From the IMG/VR virus record IMGVR_UViG_3300043811_000226: DNA of 64,000 nt; one strand, written 5' to 3'. Positions 62,581 through 64,000 of this stretch are shown here, in pieces (positions within the stretch are counted from its first letter, which is position 1; the number at the start of each line of letters is the position of its first letter). The translations under genes and the position numbers were made by a program. Below the pieces are notes generated by a model that saw only the letters and a list, made by a program, of their open reading frames with translations, had not been told where the DNA came from and did not search any database. Origin of the DNA: a virus.

Positions 62581-63602
62581 CAGATGCCGATCTCCGGCGC
62601 CTGGCCGGCTGCGTTCGGGCTCATGACACGCTCACTGGGCGTGTGCTGCCCTTCCGAAGGCTCGAGGGTGCGCGGTGTCATGCCTGGCGTCGAGAGGTGC
62701 GAGCGAAGCTTGTCCACACCGCGTCCCACGAGTTTCCCTGCCTTGCCGAGTACACCACCCACAATCCCCTGACCTACTACGGGCATCGCACCACCAGCAA
62801 TGCCGCCGACCGCGCGCCCCACTTCTTCCCCTACACGCTCCCCCCTCCCACGTCCCTGGGCATCGACCTCCTGAGGACCAAGAAGCGCCTTGCCTGCAGC
62901 AACCGTGGGAGCGCCGATCATCAGGGCGGAGACTGCTGCGGGTGCATTGGAGATCTGCTCTCTGGCACCTGCCGCCAACACCTTTCCGGCGCCGTGCTCC
63001 TTCACCGACTTCACGTAGCCGGGGATGCTCGTGAGGTTCATGCCAGAACCGACGCCTGTCGCAGCTTCCGAGGCACGCAGGCCCTTCGAGGCCTTCGCCA
63101 CCGCACGCTCGTTCCCACCTGCCAGCGCGCCCTGCAAGTGCTCGCGAGCATCCCACGCACCACCGCGGATACCCTCCAGCTCCTTGGGTGACAACATCCC
63201 AGTCAAGGAGTGAACCTGCCGCTGACCAAAGCGCGCACCGGCGCCGACGGGGCCCCCCATGTTCGTCAGATTCCCTGCAGCCGACGGACGAACGAAGCCG
63301 CTGGCCAGTGCGCCGGCGCCACCTCCAAGAAGCGCCCCTTTCCCCGCACCACGGAGGGCTCCTCCGAGGCCTCCAAGCACCGTGCCGCCTACATCAGCGC
63401 CCTGCTCTTTTGCTTCACGGGCACCGTGCAGAGCTCCCAGACCCGCGCCACCGAGAGCTCCAAGAGTCAACCCGGCACCCCCCAGCGCCCCGAGGCTCTT
63501 CAGGCGAGGCGCGGCCCGTTCAACGAGCGCGTCGAAGCCGGCGGCTTCCTTTCGAAGGCCTTCACGAAACGACTGGAGTACGGGCTCGTCAATGAGAGGC
63601 AT
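62580..63602 (-). CDS. Gly-zipper putative internal virion protein (340 aa)
   Basis: RKEAA then LGALGGAGLTLGALGGAGLGALHG and further GxxxG blocks; TGATG overlap with the portal start. Confidence 0.7.
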   Translation of the reverse strand: MPLIDEPVLQSFREGLRKEAAGFDALVERAAPRLKSLGALGGAGLTLGALGGAGLGALHGAREAKEQGADVGGTVLGGLGGALRGAGKGALLGGGAGALASGFVRPSAAGNLTNMGGPVGAGARFGQRQVHSLTGMLSPKELEGIRGGAWDAREHLQGALAGGNERAVAKASKGLRASEAATGVGSGMNLTSIPGYVKSVKEHGAGKVLAAGAREQISNAPAAVSALMIGAPTVAAGKALLGPQEVDAQGRGRGERVGEEVGRAVGGIAGGAMPVVGQGIVGGVLGKAGKLVGRGVDKLRSHLSTPGMTPRTLEPSEGQHTPSERVMSPNAAGQAPEIGI

Positions 63603-64000
63603 GGAGCTGGAGCTGGCTGTGCAAACGCGCGCGGCTCTCCTCGAGGTACTCGGTTGCAGATAGAAGACGACGTAGCTGCTCGTCGACGGGAGTCTCCCCT
63701 GAAGGAGGTCGACCGCTCGAGCGAACGTCAGGCCACCGTAGAAGAAGGGCGGGACGGTCGATCTCCTCAGGCGTCTCGAGGGCGACGGCATCGAGGGGTG
63801 GCAGAGGCAGGAAGATGCCGTCGTGCTGGTAGACCGCCTGGAAGTAGGCCTTCATCTCGCTCGACCATTCGACATCCGAGCGAATGCGCGCCGCCACGTC
63901 GGCAGCAACCAAGCACTGCGCTACAGAAGGCACGGGCATTGTGGTGAAGTCGGGGAACTCGCCGTTGAAGGGCAGCATGCAAGCAACGAACACCTCCCAG
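63589..64000 (-). CDS. Hypothetical protein, probably truncated by the window edge
   Basis: Frame stays open to position 64000. Confidence 0.55.
   Translation of the reverse strand, partial: WEVFVACMLPFNGEFPDFTTMPVPSVAQCLVAADVAARIRSDVEWSSEMKAYFQAVYQHDGIFLPLPPLDAVALETPEEIDRPALLLRWPDVRSSGRPPSGETPVDEQLRRLLSATEYLEESRARLHSQLQLHASH

Larger units (their letters stand above)
1..64000. mobile_element. Segment of a large myovirus-type bacteriophage genome (no integrase or att site seen, so lytic phage versus prophage is unresolved)
   Basis: Portal, large terminase, prohead protease, major capsid, neck, sheath, tube and spike genes all present. Dense gene packing with overlapping stop/start codons. 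No host core genes. Confidence 0.95.

Noticed and set aside
1-64000. CRISPR array, tRNA, rRNA, integrase or att site
   Set aside because: No regularly spaced direct repeats, no cloverleaf with T-loop and acceptor stem, and no recombinase motifs seen by eye; a tRNAscan/CRISPR scan would be definitive

Overview
The whole window reads as part of a large, GC-rich tailed-phage genome (Caudoviricetes, contractile tail). I found no host housekeeping genes, integrase, att site, tRNA, rRNA or CRISPR array, and the host cannot be assigned from the sequence. Layout: (1) 1-18.8 kb holds small, mostly minus-strand accessory genes (HNH endonuclease, GroES, many Zn-ribbon proteins, lytic transglycosylase, dNMP kinase, dCMP deaminase, MazG-like protein, papain-like peptidase plus lipoprotein). 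(2) 18.8-49.5 kb is a minus-strand virion module (tail tube, sheath, neck/adaptor, major capsid, scaffold-like proteins, prohead protease, large terminase, spike). (3) 49.5-55.9 kb is one 2147-aa gene fusing RNA polymerase beta and beta', directly upstream of the spike gene. (4) 56-60.2 kb is a plus-strand MoxR AAA+/vWA operon. (5) 60.5-64 kb holds the portal and a Gly-rich virion protein. Two observations stand out. The first is the compact single-chain beta-beta' RNA polymerase, which lacks the clamp zinc-binding domain. The second is a K-x-A-[S/A] motif repeated through the prohead protease and about a dozen neighbouring head-region proteins, often just before glycine-zipper segments. I infer this is a protease maturation code (resembling the herpesvirus assemblin A/S sites) that releases membrane-active internal-head peptides. 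All family calls come from motif recognition by eye; no database searches were run.
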